A DNA stretch of 64,000 nt, taken from the NCBI GenBank assembly GCA_036741395.1, contig DAINSI010000001.1:14999-78998 (forward strand), read 5' to 3'. The DNA is from Candidatus Dormiibacterota bacterium. Lineage in GTDB: Bacteria; Chloroflexota; Dormibacteria; DASZGP01. The stretch's first letter is position 1. Every line of letters starts with the position of its first letter. This document shows, piece by piece, positions 1-8,295 of the stretch. Made by a program: the position numbers and the translations under genes. The notes below the pieces were generated by a model. The model worked only from the letters and a program-made list of their open reading frames with translations, had not been told where the DNA came from and ran no database searches.

Positions 1-293
1 CCGATGCGGCGGTTGCGCACCCCCGCGAGCTCGGTCTCGCTCATCCGGCTGACATCCACGCCGCCAAAGAGGTAGCTCCCCGACGTGGGCACGTCGAGGC
101 AGCCGAGGATGTGCATCAGGGTCGACTTGCCTGACCCCGACGGCCCGATCACGGCCACGAAGTCGCCCTCGGTGACGCTGAATGAAACGTCGGTCAGGGC
201 GTGCACCTCGCCGTCGCCCCGCCCGTAGACCTTGGTGATCGATTGCAACCGGAGCAGGTCACCGGCGGCGCGGGGTCTACCCTCCGCCGCCAC
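1..293 (-). CDS. ABC transporter ATP-binding protein, MacB/LolD type (N-terminal part only; the gene runs off the window start)
   Basis: Reverse translation of 1-293 reads ...ITKVYGRGDGEVHALTDVSFSVTEGDFVAVIGPSGSGKSTLMHILGCLDVPTSGSYLFGGVDVSRMSETELAGVRNRRIG, with Walker A GPSGSGKST. A putative GTG start at 291-293 overlaps the end of the adaptor gene. Absent from the ORF track because it is truncated. Confidence 0.85.
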   Translation of the reverse strand, partial: MAAEGRPRAAGDLLRLQSITKVYGRGDGEVHALTDVSFSVTEGDFVAVIGPSGSGKSTLMHILGCLDVPTSGSYLFGGVDVSRMSETELAGVRNRRI

Positions 294-1809
294 GGCCTCC
301 ACCACCACCGAAGTTCCCCCGGCCGCCGCCGCCACCGGGGTTGAGCAGGCCACCGCCGTTGGTCGTGGTCGGGACGGTGCGGCTGACCGTGGCGATGACC
401 ACCTCGTCACCGGCGTTGATCCCGGAGACGATCTCGGTGCGCAGCGCGTCGGTGGCCCCAAGCTGCACCGGGCGTACCTGGGGCTGGCCCGCCACCAGGA
501 CCTGGACGACGCTCGCCGTGCCGGTGCTGCGCACCGCCGACGTGGGCACCGTCAGCACCTGGCTGACCTGGTTGATGATGATGCTGACCGACGCCGAGGT
601 GCCGGCGCGGAGCGTGTTGTTGGCATCGACCAGCGTGACCGTGACCGGGAACGTCGCCACCCCGGAGGTCACGGTGGCGGTGGTGGCGACCTGGGTCACC
701 TTGGCCGAGAGCGCCTGGGTGGAGCCCGCCGGGGTCACGCGTGCCGCCTGGTCGACGACGACCTTGCCGACCTGGGCGTCGCTGATCGACCCCGTCACCG
801 CGTAGGCCCCGGGGGTCTGCAGCGACACCGCGTGCGTGGTGGTGCTACTTGACGTCGCGGCGGTGCCACTGGTGGACGGGCCGCCGCCCGAGACCGATTG
901 CCCCACGGTGATATTGACGGCGCCGACGACCCCGTCGACCGGGGCGGTCAGGGTGCCCAGGTCGAGGTTGCGCTGGGCGGTGTCGACGTTGACCTGGCTG
1001 ATATCGGCCTGACTCTGGTCGATCTGGATCTGAGAGGGGGTGGCGCCGGCGACCAGCGCGGTCAGGGCCGCCTGTGCGTTCTGCAGCTGGACGCGTGCGG
1101 TGTTGACCTGTCCGAGGGCCTGGTCGTTGCTCTGCTGAGCCTTGACCACCGCCGAGTTGTAGGCGTCATTGGCGGAGCGGACGCCGTCGTTGTCGGCCTG
1201 GACGGCGTTGCGGTCCTGGGGACATTGGGCCTGCTGCTGGGTGGTCGCGGTGGGCGAGCAGTCGGTATCGCGCTGGCTGCTGTCCCGCTGCAGCTTGTTG
1301 TTGGCATTGGTGATCCCGTCCTGGGCCTGGGAAACCGCCTGGGCGTTGGCCTCCTGGGTGTCGGCGAGTGCGGTCTGCGCGTTCTGCAGCCCGACCGCGC
1401 CGGCGTTCACCGACGCCTGGGCGGAGGCCACGCTCTGCGGCGTCGCGGTGCGGTCCTGGGTCAGCTTGGCCTGGGCCGAGGCGAGGTTGGCCTGCGCCTG
1501 GGTCAGGGCTGCCTGGAGGTTGCTGAGGTCGAGGCGGGCGAGCACGTCCCCGGCCTTGACTGCGGCCCCCGCCTGCGCGTTGACCGCCTGCACCCGACCC
1601 GCCGAGCCGAAGTCGAGATCGGTCTGCGCCGCCGGGGTGAGGTTGCCCGAGAGCGGGAGCGTCTCGGTCACCGTCCCCATCGTCGCGGCGGCGGTGCGGT
1701 ACTGGACGGCACGGGTGGCACGGCCGGAATAGAAGTAGGCACCGGCCGCCACCAGGGCCACGGCGACGACCGCGGCCAGCACAACGCGCACTCGAAGAAT
1801 CCGGCTCAC
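277..1809 (-). CDS. Efflux periplasmic adaptor (HlyD/MacA-family membrane fusion protein) with a Gly/Arg-rich C-terminal tail
   Basis: 510-aa ORF. It has an N-terminal TM helix (VVLAAVVAVALVAAGAYFY), a lipoyl-like hairpin (GRVQAVNAQAGAAVKAGDVLARLD) and a long Ala/Gln coiled coil. It lies directly upstream of the ABC ATPase. Confidence 0.85.
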   Translation of the reverse strand: MSRILRVRVVLAAVVAVALVAAGAYFYSGRATRAVQYRTAAATMGTVTETLPLSGNLTPAAQTDLDFGSAGRVQAVNAQAGAAVKAGDVLARLDLSNLQAALTQAQANLASAQAKLTQDRTATPQSVASAQASVNAGAVGLQNAQTALADTQEANAQAVSQAQDGITNANNKLQRDSSQRDTDCSPTATTQQQAQCPQDRNAVQADNDGVRSANDAYNSAVVKAQQSNDQALGQVNTARVQLQNAQAALTALVAGATPSQIQIDQSQADISQVNVDTAQRNLDLGTLTAPVDGVVGAVNITVGQSVSGGGPSTSGTAATSSSTTTHAVSLQTPGAYAVTGSISDAQVGKVVVDQAARVTPAGSTQALSAKVTQVATTATVTSGVATFPVTVTLVDANNTLRAGTSASVSIIINQVSQVLTVPTSAVRSTGTASVVQVLVAGQPQVRPVQLGATDALRTEIVSGINAGDEVVIATVSRTVPTTTNGGGLLNPGGGGGRGNFGGGGGRGGGG

Positions 1810-1888
1810 CGGTCAGATCCTCGTCCGCAGCGGTGAAGCCCCGCTGAGGCACGAGTAATAAGTTGATAAGAGCGGCGGGCGGCCGACC

Positions 1889-3409
1889 TCATGCGACTTC
1901 GCGGATTTCGCTGGCACCGGCTGACGCGCCGGCCGACGCCGCCCGAGGCAGAGGCAGCGCCACCGTGAAGACGGTGCCGCGGCCGCCGGCATTGTCCTCG
2001 ACGCCGATCTGACCCCCGTGCTGGGCCACGATCCACCGCGCGATCGACAGGCCCAGGCCGGCGCCCCCGGAGCTGCGCGCATGGTCGGCGCGGTAGAAGC
2101 GCTCGAAGACGCGATCGCGGTCGTCCGCGGCGATACCCACGCCGTCGTCGCCCACCGCGAGCCGCACCCTCTGCGCCCCGGTCTCCAGGGCCACCGTGAT
2201 CCTGCCCCCGTCGTCGGTGTGGCGGGCGGCGTTGTCGAGCAGGATCCAGAGCAGCTGGCGCAGGCTGTCGGCATTGCCGGCCACCCGCGGTAGGGGCTTC
2301 CGCGAGAGGTCGACGCGGCGCCCGGGGTACGTCCGGCGGGCCTGACGGCAGACCTCCTCGCAGAGGCGCGAGAGGTCGATCGCCGTCAGCTCGAGCTGCT
2401 GGCCCGCGTCGGCCCGCGCCAGGGTCAGCAGGTCGGCGACGAGGCGGCTCATCCGCTGGGCTTCGGCATCCATGTCGTGGAGCGCCTCGGCGCGGTCCGC
2501 GGCCGAGATGTCGTTGCGGCCGCGCAGCAGGCCGAGGTTGCTGCGGATGCTGGTGAGCGGCGTGCGCAGCTCGTGGGACGCGTCCGCGACGAAGCGGCGC
2601 TGCGACTCCAGCGCGCCCTCAAGCCGACCATAGGCATCGTCCAGCCGGCCCATCATGGCGTTGAAGGCGCCCGTCAGCCTGCCCACCTCGTCCCGCGCCG
2701 GGGCCTCCGGGAGACGCCGGCGCAGGTCGCTGGCCGAGCCGATCGCCTCCACGGTCTCGGTCATCCGGTCGAGGGGGCGCAGCGCCCGGCCCGCCACCAC
2801 CCAACTGGCCAGCAGGGCCCCGAAGAGGCTCAACAGGGCCGCCACCAGCAGGTAGAGGCGGAGCAGGTTGACCTGGGCCACGGTCGCGGTCGCCGACTGG
2901 CCGACGACGACGTAAGCGAGCTCCTGCCCGGGGACCGTGGAGAGGATCTGCCCGGGGGCGACCGGGCGCACCGAGACGCGCAGCTTCAGCCCCGACTCGT
3001 CGATGGTGGTGGCCTGGCCGCCGGCGCCGGCCTGGGCCAGCAGGTTGGGGTCGATGCGCGGGAAGCCCCCGTCGAGCTCGCCGGTGCTGTAGATCGGCGT
3101 CCCGGTCCGGTCCACGAACTCGACGAAGGTGTCCCCGGTCGCGCGGATGTCGACCGGGAGCTGGGGCCGCTGAGGATTGAAGCCCAGGCCGAACCCGGGC
3201 CGCCCGTCGCGCCCACTCGCGGGCTGGGCGATCTGCTGGCTCCGCTGCAGCAGGAGCTGGTCCTGCTGGGAGTACAGGCTGCGCTCGAAGAGAACATCGA
3301 CCAGGGCCCCGAAGAGGACCACGGTCAGCAGCACGACGGCCGCGCCGAAGAGGGCGATGCGGGCGCGGATGGGCAGGGAGGCCATCAGCTCAGGCCGCGC
3401 GAAGGGCAT
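1889..3409 (-). CDS. Two-component sensor histidine kinase (HAMP-HisKA-HATPase)
   Basis: 506-aa ORF with TM segments, H-box FVADASHELRTPLTSI and ATPase boxes DDGVGI and GGAGLGLSIA. It overlaps the response-regulator gene by 20 nt. Confidence 0.9.
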   Translation of the reverse strand: MPFARPELMASLPIRARIALFGAAVVLLTVVLFGALVDVLFERSLYSQQDQLLLQRSQQIAQPASGRDGRPGFGLGFNPQRPQLPVDIRATGDTFVEFVDRTGTPIYSTGELDGGFPRIDPNLLAQAGAGGQATTIDESGLKLRVSVRPVAPGQILSTVPGQELAYVVVGQSATATVAQVNLLRLYLLVAALLSLFGALLASWVVAGRALRPLDRMTETVEAIGSASDLRRRLPEAPARDEVGRLTGAFNAMMGRLDDAYGRLEGALESQRRFVADASHELRTPLTSIRSNLGLLRGRNDISAADRAEALHDMDAEAQRMSRLVADLLTLARADAGQQLELTAIDLSRLCEEVCRQARRTYPGRRVDLSRKPLPRVAGNADSLRQLLWILLDNAARHTDDGGRITVALETGAQRVRLAVGDDGVGIAADDRDRVFERFYRADHARSSGGAGLGLSIARWIVAQHGGQIGVEDNAGGRGTVFTVALPLPRAASAGASAGASEIREVA

Positions 3410-4067
3410 AACCCACGCCCCGCACGGTGTGCAGCAGCCGGGGCCGGCCCGCCTCCTCGATCTTCGCGCGCAGGTAGCCGACGTAGACGTCCACGGAGTT
3501 GCTGGCAGCGCCGAAGCCGTAGCCCCAGACGATGTCGAGGATGCGATCGCGAGTGAGGACCTGGCGGGGGTTGCGCAGGAAGAACTGGAGCAGGTCGAAC
3601 TCCCGGGGCGTGAGGTCGATGAAGCGCTCGCCGCGCTTGACCTCGCGCGTCCCCACGTCCATCACCAGGTCAGCGAAGCCGAGCTTGTGCATCGACGTTG
3701 CCGGCTTGCGCCGCAACAGGGCCCTGACGCGGGCCAGCAGCTCCTCGTACGCGAAGGGCTTGACCAGGTAGTCATCAGCGCCGCTGTCGAGCCCGGTGAC
3801 GCGGTCGGCGGTGGCGTCGCGGGCGGTGAGCATCAGCACCGGCACGTCGTCCTCGGCGCGGATGCGACGGCAGACCTCGATCCCGTCGATGCCTGGGAGC
3901 ATGACGTCGAGGATGACCAGGTCGGGCCTGTCGCTCTGTGCCCGCAGCAGCGCGGCATGCCCGTCAGAGGCGACCGTGACCGCGTAGCCCTCGTACAGGA
4001 GCGCGCGCCGGAGCGACGCGGCGATCGAGGCATCGTCGTCAACCACCAGGACGCGGGGCTGGTTCAC
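3390..4067 (-). CDS. OmpR/PhoB-family response regulator
   Basis: 225-aa ORF. Receiver motifs VLVVDDD, DLVILDVMLPGIDG and LMLTA, followed by a winged helix LTPREFDLLQFFLRNPRQVLTRDRILDIVWG...VDVYVGYLRAKIE. Confidence 0.92.
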   Translation of the reverse strand: MNQPRVLVVDDDASIAASLRRALLYEGYAVTVASDGHAALLRAQSDRPDLVILDVMLPGIDGIEVCRRIRAEDDVPVLMLTARDATADRVTGLDSGADDYLVKPFAYEELLARVRALLRRKPATSMHKLGFADLVMDVGTREVKRGERFIDLTPREFDLLQFFLRNPRQVLTRDRILDIVWGYGFGAASNSVDVYVGYLRAKIEEAGRPRLLHTVRGVGYALRAA

Positions 4068-4158
4068 GCCGTCAGCAAACCACCTTCATGTGAAGACCGT
4101 CTAAGAACGGCGAGGTTGGGCGCCAGGGGCGTCGCCCGGTGCGTTACGGTACTCAGCC

Positions 4159-5025
4159 ATGAGGTTGGGCCTGGCGTTCGCCAGCATGGGGATCGCGACG
4201 CAGCCCGAGGCTGCGATTGAGGTGGCCCGTCACGCTGAGCAGGCAGGGTTCGACTCCCTGTGGGCGGTGGAGCACGTGGTCATCCCCGGCGACTACGGCT
4301 CGAAGTACCCCTACAGCCCCAGCGGCCGCATGGCCGGCGGCGAGGACACCGCGGTGGTCGACCCGGTCGTCTGGCTGACCTGGGTGGGGGCTCACACCGA
4401 GCGCATCCTGCTCGCCACCGGGATGATGATCCTGCCCCAGCGCAACCCCGTGGTCACGGCCAAGGAGATCGCCACCCTGGACCACCTGTCGGGGGGCAGG
4501 GCGCGGCTCGGCGTGGGCATTGGCTGGCTGCGCGAGGAGTTCGAGGTCGTCGGCGTGCCCTTCGCCGAGCGCGGCGCGCGGACCGACGAGTACATCGAGG
4601 TGATGCGGGCGCTCTGGCAGCAGCCGCAGCCCTCCTTCCAGGGCAGGTTTTTCAACTTCAGCGATGCCCGCCTCTGGCCCAAGCCGGTGAGCGGCACCGT
4701 CCCGATCGTCATCGGCGGCCACAGCGAGGCCGCGGCGCGGCGCGCCGGGCGGCTCGGCGACGGCTTCTTCCCCGCGCCCCCCACCCTGGACGAGGCGGAA
4801 CACCTGATCAAGCTGATGCGTCAGACCGCCGCGGAAGCGGGCCGCAACCCCGGCGCCATCGAGGTCACGTTCGGCACCAGGCCCACCCCGGAGGCCCTCG
4901 AACGCCTCGCGGCCCTGGGGGTTGCGCGGGTGACGGTGGCCGCCTTCGGGGACCTGGACACGGTTCGGGCCCGGCTGGACCAGGCCGCGGCCGCGGTCCG
5001 CGACACGGTGGGCCTCGAGAGCTAA
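4159..5025 (+). CDS. LLM-class (luciferase-like) oxidoreductase, probably F420-dependent
   Basis: 288-aa ORF. FDSLWAVEHV and LLATGMMILPQRNPVVTAKEIATLDHLSGGRARLGVGIGW resemble the Rv2161c-type F420-dependent LLM subgroup. Confidence 0.8.
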   Translation: MRLGLAFASMGIATQPEAAIEVARHAEQAGFDSLWAVEHVVIPGDYGSKYPYSPSGRMAGGEDTAVVDPVVWLTWVGAHTERILLATGMMILPQRNPVVTAKEIATLDHLSGGRARLGVGIGWLREEFEVVGVPFAERGARTDEYIEVMRALWQQPQPSFQGRFFNFSDARLWPKPVSGTVPIVIGGHSEAAARRAGRLGDGFFPAPPTLDEAEHLIKLMRQTAAEAGRNPGAIEVTFGTRPTPEALERLAALGVARVTVAAFGDLDTVRARLDQAAAAVRDTVGLES

Positions 5026-5032
5026 TCCCGGC

Positions 5033-5533
5033 CTAGTCGGCCTCGCCGCCCTTGGCGATCAGGTACCCTCGGGCCCGCTCCGTCAGGGGGTAACGGTTCA
5101 CCAGCGACCAGAACCTCGGGCCGTGGCTGCGATACCGCAGGTGGGCAAGCTCGTGGACCAGCACGTAGTCGATGACCCAGGACGGAAACGCCTGCATCCG
5201 GGCGCTGAGCCGGATCGCGCCGGTGTCCACGGTACAGCTGCCCCACCTCGACTGCTGCTGCTCCGACCAGCGCACCGACGCCGCCCGCAGCTCACCCGCG
5301 AAGTAGCGCCGAGAGAGTGCCTGGGCACGGCGCGCGAGGTCGTCATCGTTGGGCCCCGACTCGGCCCGCAGGATGCGGCGACGCATGCGCTCGACCCACA
5401 TCGCCTCCTCGCTCAGGGTCATGCCGGCGGGCACGGTGACCTCGATCACGCCGTCGCGGCGACGGGCGCTGATGGTGCGCCGGCGGCGCCGGCTGCGCAC
5501 CACCACGAGCTGCGGGGCGGTTGGTTCGATCAA
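5033..5533 (-). CDS. DUF45/YgjP-type (M48-like) metal-dependent hydrolase
   Basis: 166-aa ORF with a C-terminal HELAHLRYRSHGPRFWSLV zinc-hydrolase motif. Confidence 0.75.
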   Translation of the reverse strand: MIEPTAPQLVVVRSRRRRRTISARRRDGVIEVTVPAGMTLSEEAMWVERMRRRILRAESGPNDDDLARRAQALSRRYFAGELRAASVRWSEQQQSRWGSCTVDTGAIRLSARMQAFPSWVIDYVLVHELAHLRYRSHGPRFWSLVNRYPLTERARGYLIAKGGEAD

Positions 5534-5537
5534 TGCA

Positions 5538-5565
5538 TTGACTTTGTCTAAAGACGTGATAGAGT
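5538..5565 (+). promoter_or_regulatory. Putative sigma-70-type promoter (TTGACT, 16-nt spacer, TAGAGT)
   Basis: TTGACT at 5538-5543 and TAGAGT at 5560-5565, in the AT-richer spacer upstream of the small membrane-protein ORF. Confidence 0.35.
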
Positions 5566-5624
5566 GAGTGTCACGTTATGCACAAGCCGCCCCTGGTGGG
5601 TGGCTCCAAGAAAGGAGGCCAAGG

Positions 5625-5768
5625 ATGTTCTACGGTGGAGGCGGACTGCTTCTTCTGCTCGGGATTATCTTCCTCGTGATGGGCTACACCATGATCGGCG
5701 TTATCTGCATCGTGCTGGCCCTGTTTATCGGCGGCTTCGGCTTTTACGGCGCGCGGAGGCGGATCTAA
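5625..5768 (+). CDS. Small hydrophobic membrane protein (47 aa)
   Basis: The ATG at 5625 lies 6 nt after AGGAGG (5613-5618). The product MFYGGGGLLLLLGIIFLVMGYTMIGVICIVLALFIGGFGFYGARRRI has two TM helices. The track ORF 5568-5768 was trimmed to this SD-supported start. Confidence 0.5.
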   Translation: MFYGGGGLLLLLGIIFLVMGYTMIGVICIVLALFIGGFGFYGARRRI

Positions 5769-5836
5769 GCTACGACCTTGAGCCCGCACCGGCTCCGCAG
5801 GTGATCGACGGGGTCCCGACCGTCCATCGCCAGAGG

Positions 5837-5864
5837 CCCCGCTCCGCAAGGAGCGGGGTCTTCT
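5837..5864 (+). terminator. Hairpin terminator candidate
   Basis: CCCCGCTCC-GCAA-GGAGCGGGG followed by TCTTCT, between the convergent small ORF and the 5880-6374 gene. Confidence 0.45.
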
Positions 5865-5879
5865 ACCTTAACGGCCGCG

Positions 5880-6374
5880 TTAAACGCGGCCCCCCTGGTG
5901 GAGGAAGGCGCGGAAGTACCGCCGGGGATCGCCCTCACCCTGGCGGATGACGTCCTCACCCACCGCCAGGTCGGCGATCTCGGCGTCGACACGGATGAGC
6001 AGGCCGTCTCTCTGCCAGATCGAGAAGTCGGTTACCGCGTCGAATGGCGAGCCCGCACCGTCGACCCCCGCGCAGTCGGAGCGAATCACCTCGTGGTCGT
6101 CCTGGCGGGAGGTGGCGCGAGGCACCACCGCCAGCGCGGGTACGGCCTGGTTCAGCTCCATGAGGTAGCCGTGGAGCTGTGCCAGGCCCCGCAGCGACCG
6201 CGAACGCCAGATGTGTTCGTTGCGCCGCGCCTTGACGTGGGGCTCGGCGTGGACGTCAACGATGACCTCGGCGTCCACCATGAGCTCCAGCCTGTCCCAG
6301 GCACGCATCTCGATGGCGGCGAAGAGATCGCCGGCCAGCCGGGCTTCGGGACCGCCCTGGGGTGCTCTCAACAT
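5880..6374 (-). CDS. Hypothetical protein, possibly NTF2/SnoaL-like fold
   Basis: 164-aa ORF with coding-like composition. No diagnostic motif was recognised; the fold guess rests on size and pattern only. Confidence 0.45.
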   Translation of the reverse strand: MLRAPQGGPEARLAGDLFAAIEMRAWDRLELMVDAEVIVDVHAEPHVKARRNEHIWRSRSLRGLAQLHGYLMELNQAVPALAVVPRATSRQDDHEVIRSDCAGVDGAGSPFDAVTDFSIWQRDGLLIRVDAEIADLAVGEDVIRQGEGDPRRYFRAFLHQGGRV

Positions 6375-6453
6375 CTGTTTCCTCCGGGTTGCTCACGCCT
6401 CCCCGACACCCATCGTGATTATAACGCGCTGCGTTACGGCCGCGGCCCCCGGG

Positions 6454-6490
6454 CAAAAGAAAGAGGCCGGCGAGATCTCCCGCCGACCTC
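6454..6490 (-). terminator. Rho-independent terminator candidate
   Basis: On the minus strand, GAGGUCGGCG-GGAGAUCU-CGCCGGCCUC is followed by UUUCUUUUG. It begins 13 nt after the stop of the 6503-6982 gene. Confidence 0.55.
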
Positions 6491-6502
6491 TTCGAAGGCT
6501 GC

Positions 6503-6982
6503 TCAGGTAACGGCGTTGATCGCGGCCGCGACCTTCCTGCCGGCGGTTCGAGCGCCGCGACGAACAGTCCGGCGAGCCTTGGTCACGTTGCTGCCCAGCG
6601 CCTTCTCGATCTTCTTCCAGCCAGCCTCGAGCTCCTTGACCTGGGCCTTCAACGTCTTGTTCTCGTTGATCAGGTCCGAGATCTTCTTGCTCATCGCGTC
6701 GGCGGGGTTGGACGATATCGCGGCGGCCCGACGGTTGCGCGAGCCCGGGGGCCGGCCGCGCCGCTTGGCGGTTGCCGAACCGGCCGCGGCGGTGCTGCGC
6801 TTGCGCGCCGTCGCGGTCTTGGTGGCTGCGGTCTTCCTGGTGGTGGACCGCTTGCGCGTCGTTGCGCCACTGGTGGTGCCGGCGGCGCTGACGCGCCGGG
6901 CGGTTGTGCTGCGTCGCCGGGTGGTTGCGCGTTTCCGGGCGGGCGGCGTCATTCCTGCCGCGGCGTTTGGCTGCTCCGACAT
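6503..6982 (-). CDS. Highly basic protein with RKRST-type repeats, an AT-hook-like RRGRPPGSRN and a short coiled coil (candidate DNA-binding or nucleoid protein)
   Basis: 159-aa ORF. GGAGGA lies 9 nt upstream of the ATG. The N-terminal two thirds are Arg/Lys/Thr/Ala-rich, and the C-terminal part reads MSKKISDLINENKTLKAQVKELEAGWKKIEKAL. Confidence 0.6.
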   Translation of the reverse strand: MSEQPNAAAGMTPPARKRATTRRRSTTARRVSAAGTTSGATTRKRSTTRKTAATKTATARKRSTAAAGSATAKRRGRPPGSRNRRAAAISSNPADAMSKKISDLINENKTLKAQVKELEAGWKKIEKALGSNVTKARRTVRRGARTAGRKVAAAINAVT

Positions 6983-7133
6983 TAAGTGATGTCCTCCGTG
7001 GGTGAGTTTTCGTCAGCATAGTCATTTCCGGCGCATTTTGCGCAGCGGCTGCACCGGTTGTGTCCGCAACTTGTCTTCCATGCGCCGCCAGGATCGTTGT
7101 TCAGGGGCATGAGGAAATGCCGCGGAAAGCGGC

Positions 7134-8291
7134 GTGGAGAGGATGAAAATGGATGGACGGCGCGCACCACAGGGGCTGGATGCGGAGGACCGCATCGCAT
7201 TTGGTCTGACCGCGCCACACCTGTTCTACCTGGTGATCTTTTCCATGACCGGTTGGGGATTTCTATCCAGTCACCTCCCCCTGGTGGTGCGCCTGCCACC
7301 CGGCGTGGTCCTCCTGTTCGGGGGCGCGATCCTGGCGTGGGGCCGCGTCGCCGGTCGCCCGGTCGACAGGTGGTTGTTGCTGTATGGCACCTACCGTCTG
7401 CGGCCGCGTCGCTCGGTTGCGCCTGCCACCGTCGTGGTACCACCAGGGATGGTGACAATCCCGGGCGCAGCTGTCCTGCAGCTCCGCCGAGCGCCGTCCG
7501 CGCGCGGGCCGAGGGCGAGGCGGGTGGCGTTCTTCTCGATGTGCGGTGGTACCGGGAAATCAACGCTCGCTGCCGAGACGGCGATCGGACTGGCGGCCGG
7601 GGCCTGGCGCTCAGAGCCGGGAGACTCGCCCACCCGGGTCGCCCTCCTCGACCTCGACACGCGCGCATCGTCGATGGCCATTCGCCTGGGCCTCGATGGC
7701 CCCACCCTGGACGACCTGCTAGCCACGCGAGGCCTCGATGAGGCGGCTTTCGAGAGATCCCTACTGCGCCACGAGAGCGGCGCCCGCGTCCTCCTCGGCC
7801 CGGCGCATGCGGTACAGCACCCTGGGGCGCAGGCCGTGGTTGCGCCGCTGCTGGCGCACATCGATGACCGGGAATTTGACGTGGTCGTGATCGATCTCGC
7901 CTCGGGTACCGGCGACCTCAACCGCGACGTCCTCGAAGTCGTGGATGCCATCTATTACGTCTTCGCGACAACACCCACCGGGGTCCATGACCTCTACCGC
8001 GGTGTGGCTGCACTGCGACGGCTGGGTCTTCGCGACAAGATCTGCCTGGTTGAAAACCGCGCCCACGGCACCGGCGACCTCACCGAGATACTGGGGGACC
8101 TGCGCGTAACCGTGACGGCGTCGATACCGTTGGCCCGGGCGCTGGCTGACGCCGAGCTACTGCACCGCCCCGCCGTGCTTGATAGTGAAAAGAGCCAGCA
8201 GTTCCTGTGGCCGCTGGCGGAGTCGGTCTTTCCTGACCTCTGGGCCCTGGAGACCGGCTTTCTGGCGGCAGCTGGCGGCGGCAATCTCTAG
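7134..8291 (+). CDS. Membrane-anchored MinD/ParA/CpaE-type P-loop ATPase with a PrgI/TcpE-like N-terminal domain
   Basis: 385-aa ORF. The N-terminus DAEDRIAFGLTAPHLFYLVIFSMTGWGFL plus a second TM helix is followed by VAFFSMCGGTGKSTLAAETA (Walker A) and FDVVVIDL (Walker B-like). Confidence 0.65.
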   Translation: MERMKMDGRRAPQGLDAEDRIAFGLTAPHLFYLVIFSMTGWGFLSSHLPLVVRLPPGVVLLFGGAILAWGRVAGRPVDRWLLLYGTYRLRPRRSVAPATVVVPPGMVTIPGAAVLQLRRAPSARGPRARRVAFFSMCGGTGKSTLAAETAIGLAAGAWRSEPGDSPTRVALLDLDTRASSMAIRLGLDGPTLDDLLATRGLDEAAFERSLLRHESGARVLLGPAHAVQHPGAQAVVAPLLAHIDDREFDVVVIDLASGTGDLNRDVLEVVDAIYYVFATTPTGVHDLYRGVAALRRLGLRDKICLVENRAHGTGDLTEILGDLRVTVTASIPLARALADAELLHRPAVLDSEKSQQFLWPLAESVFPDLWALETGFLAAAGGGNL

Positions 8292-8295
8292 GGAA

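Noticed and set aside
4068-4158. Operator-like near-palindrome CTTCATGTGAAG between the response-regulator gene and the LLM gene
   Set aside because: The palindrome is imperfect and occurs once, with no direct-repeat pattern typical of OmpR-family binding sites. The evidence is insufficient.
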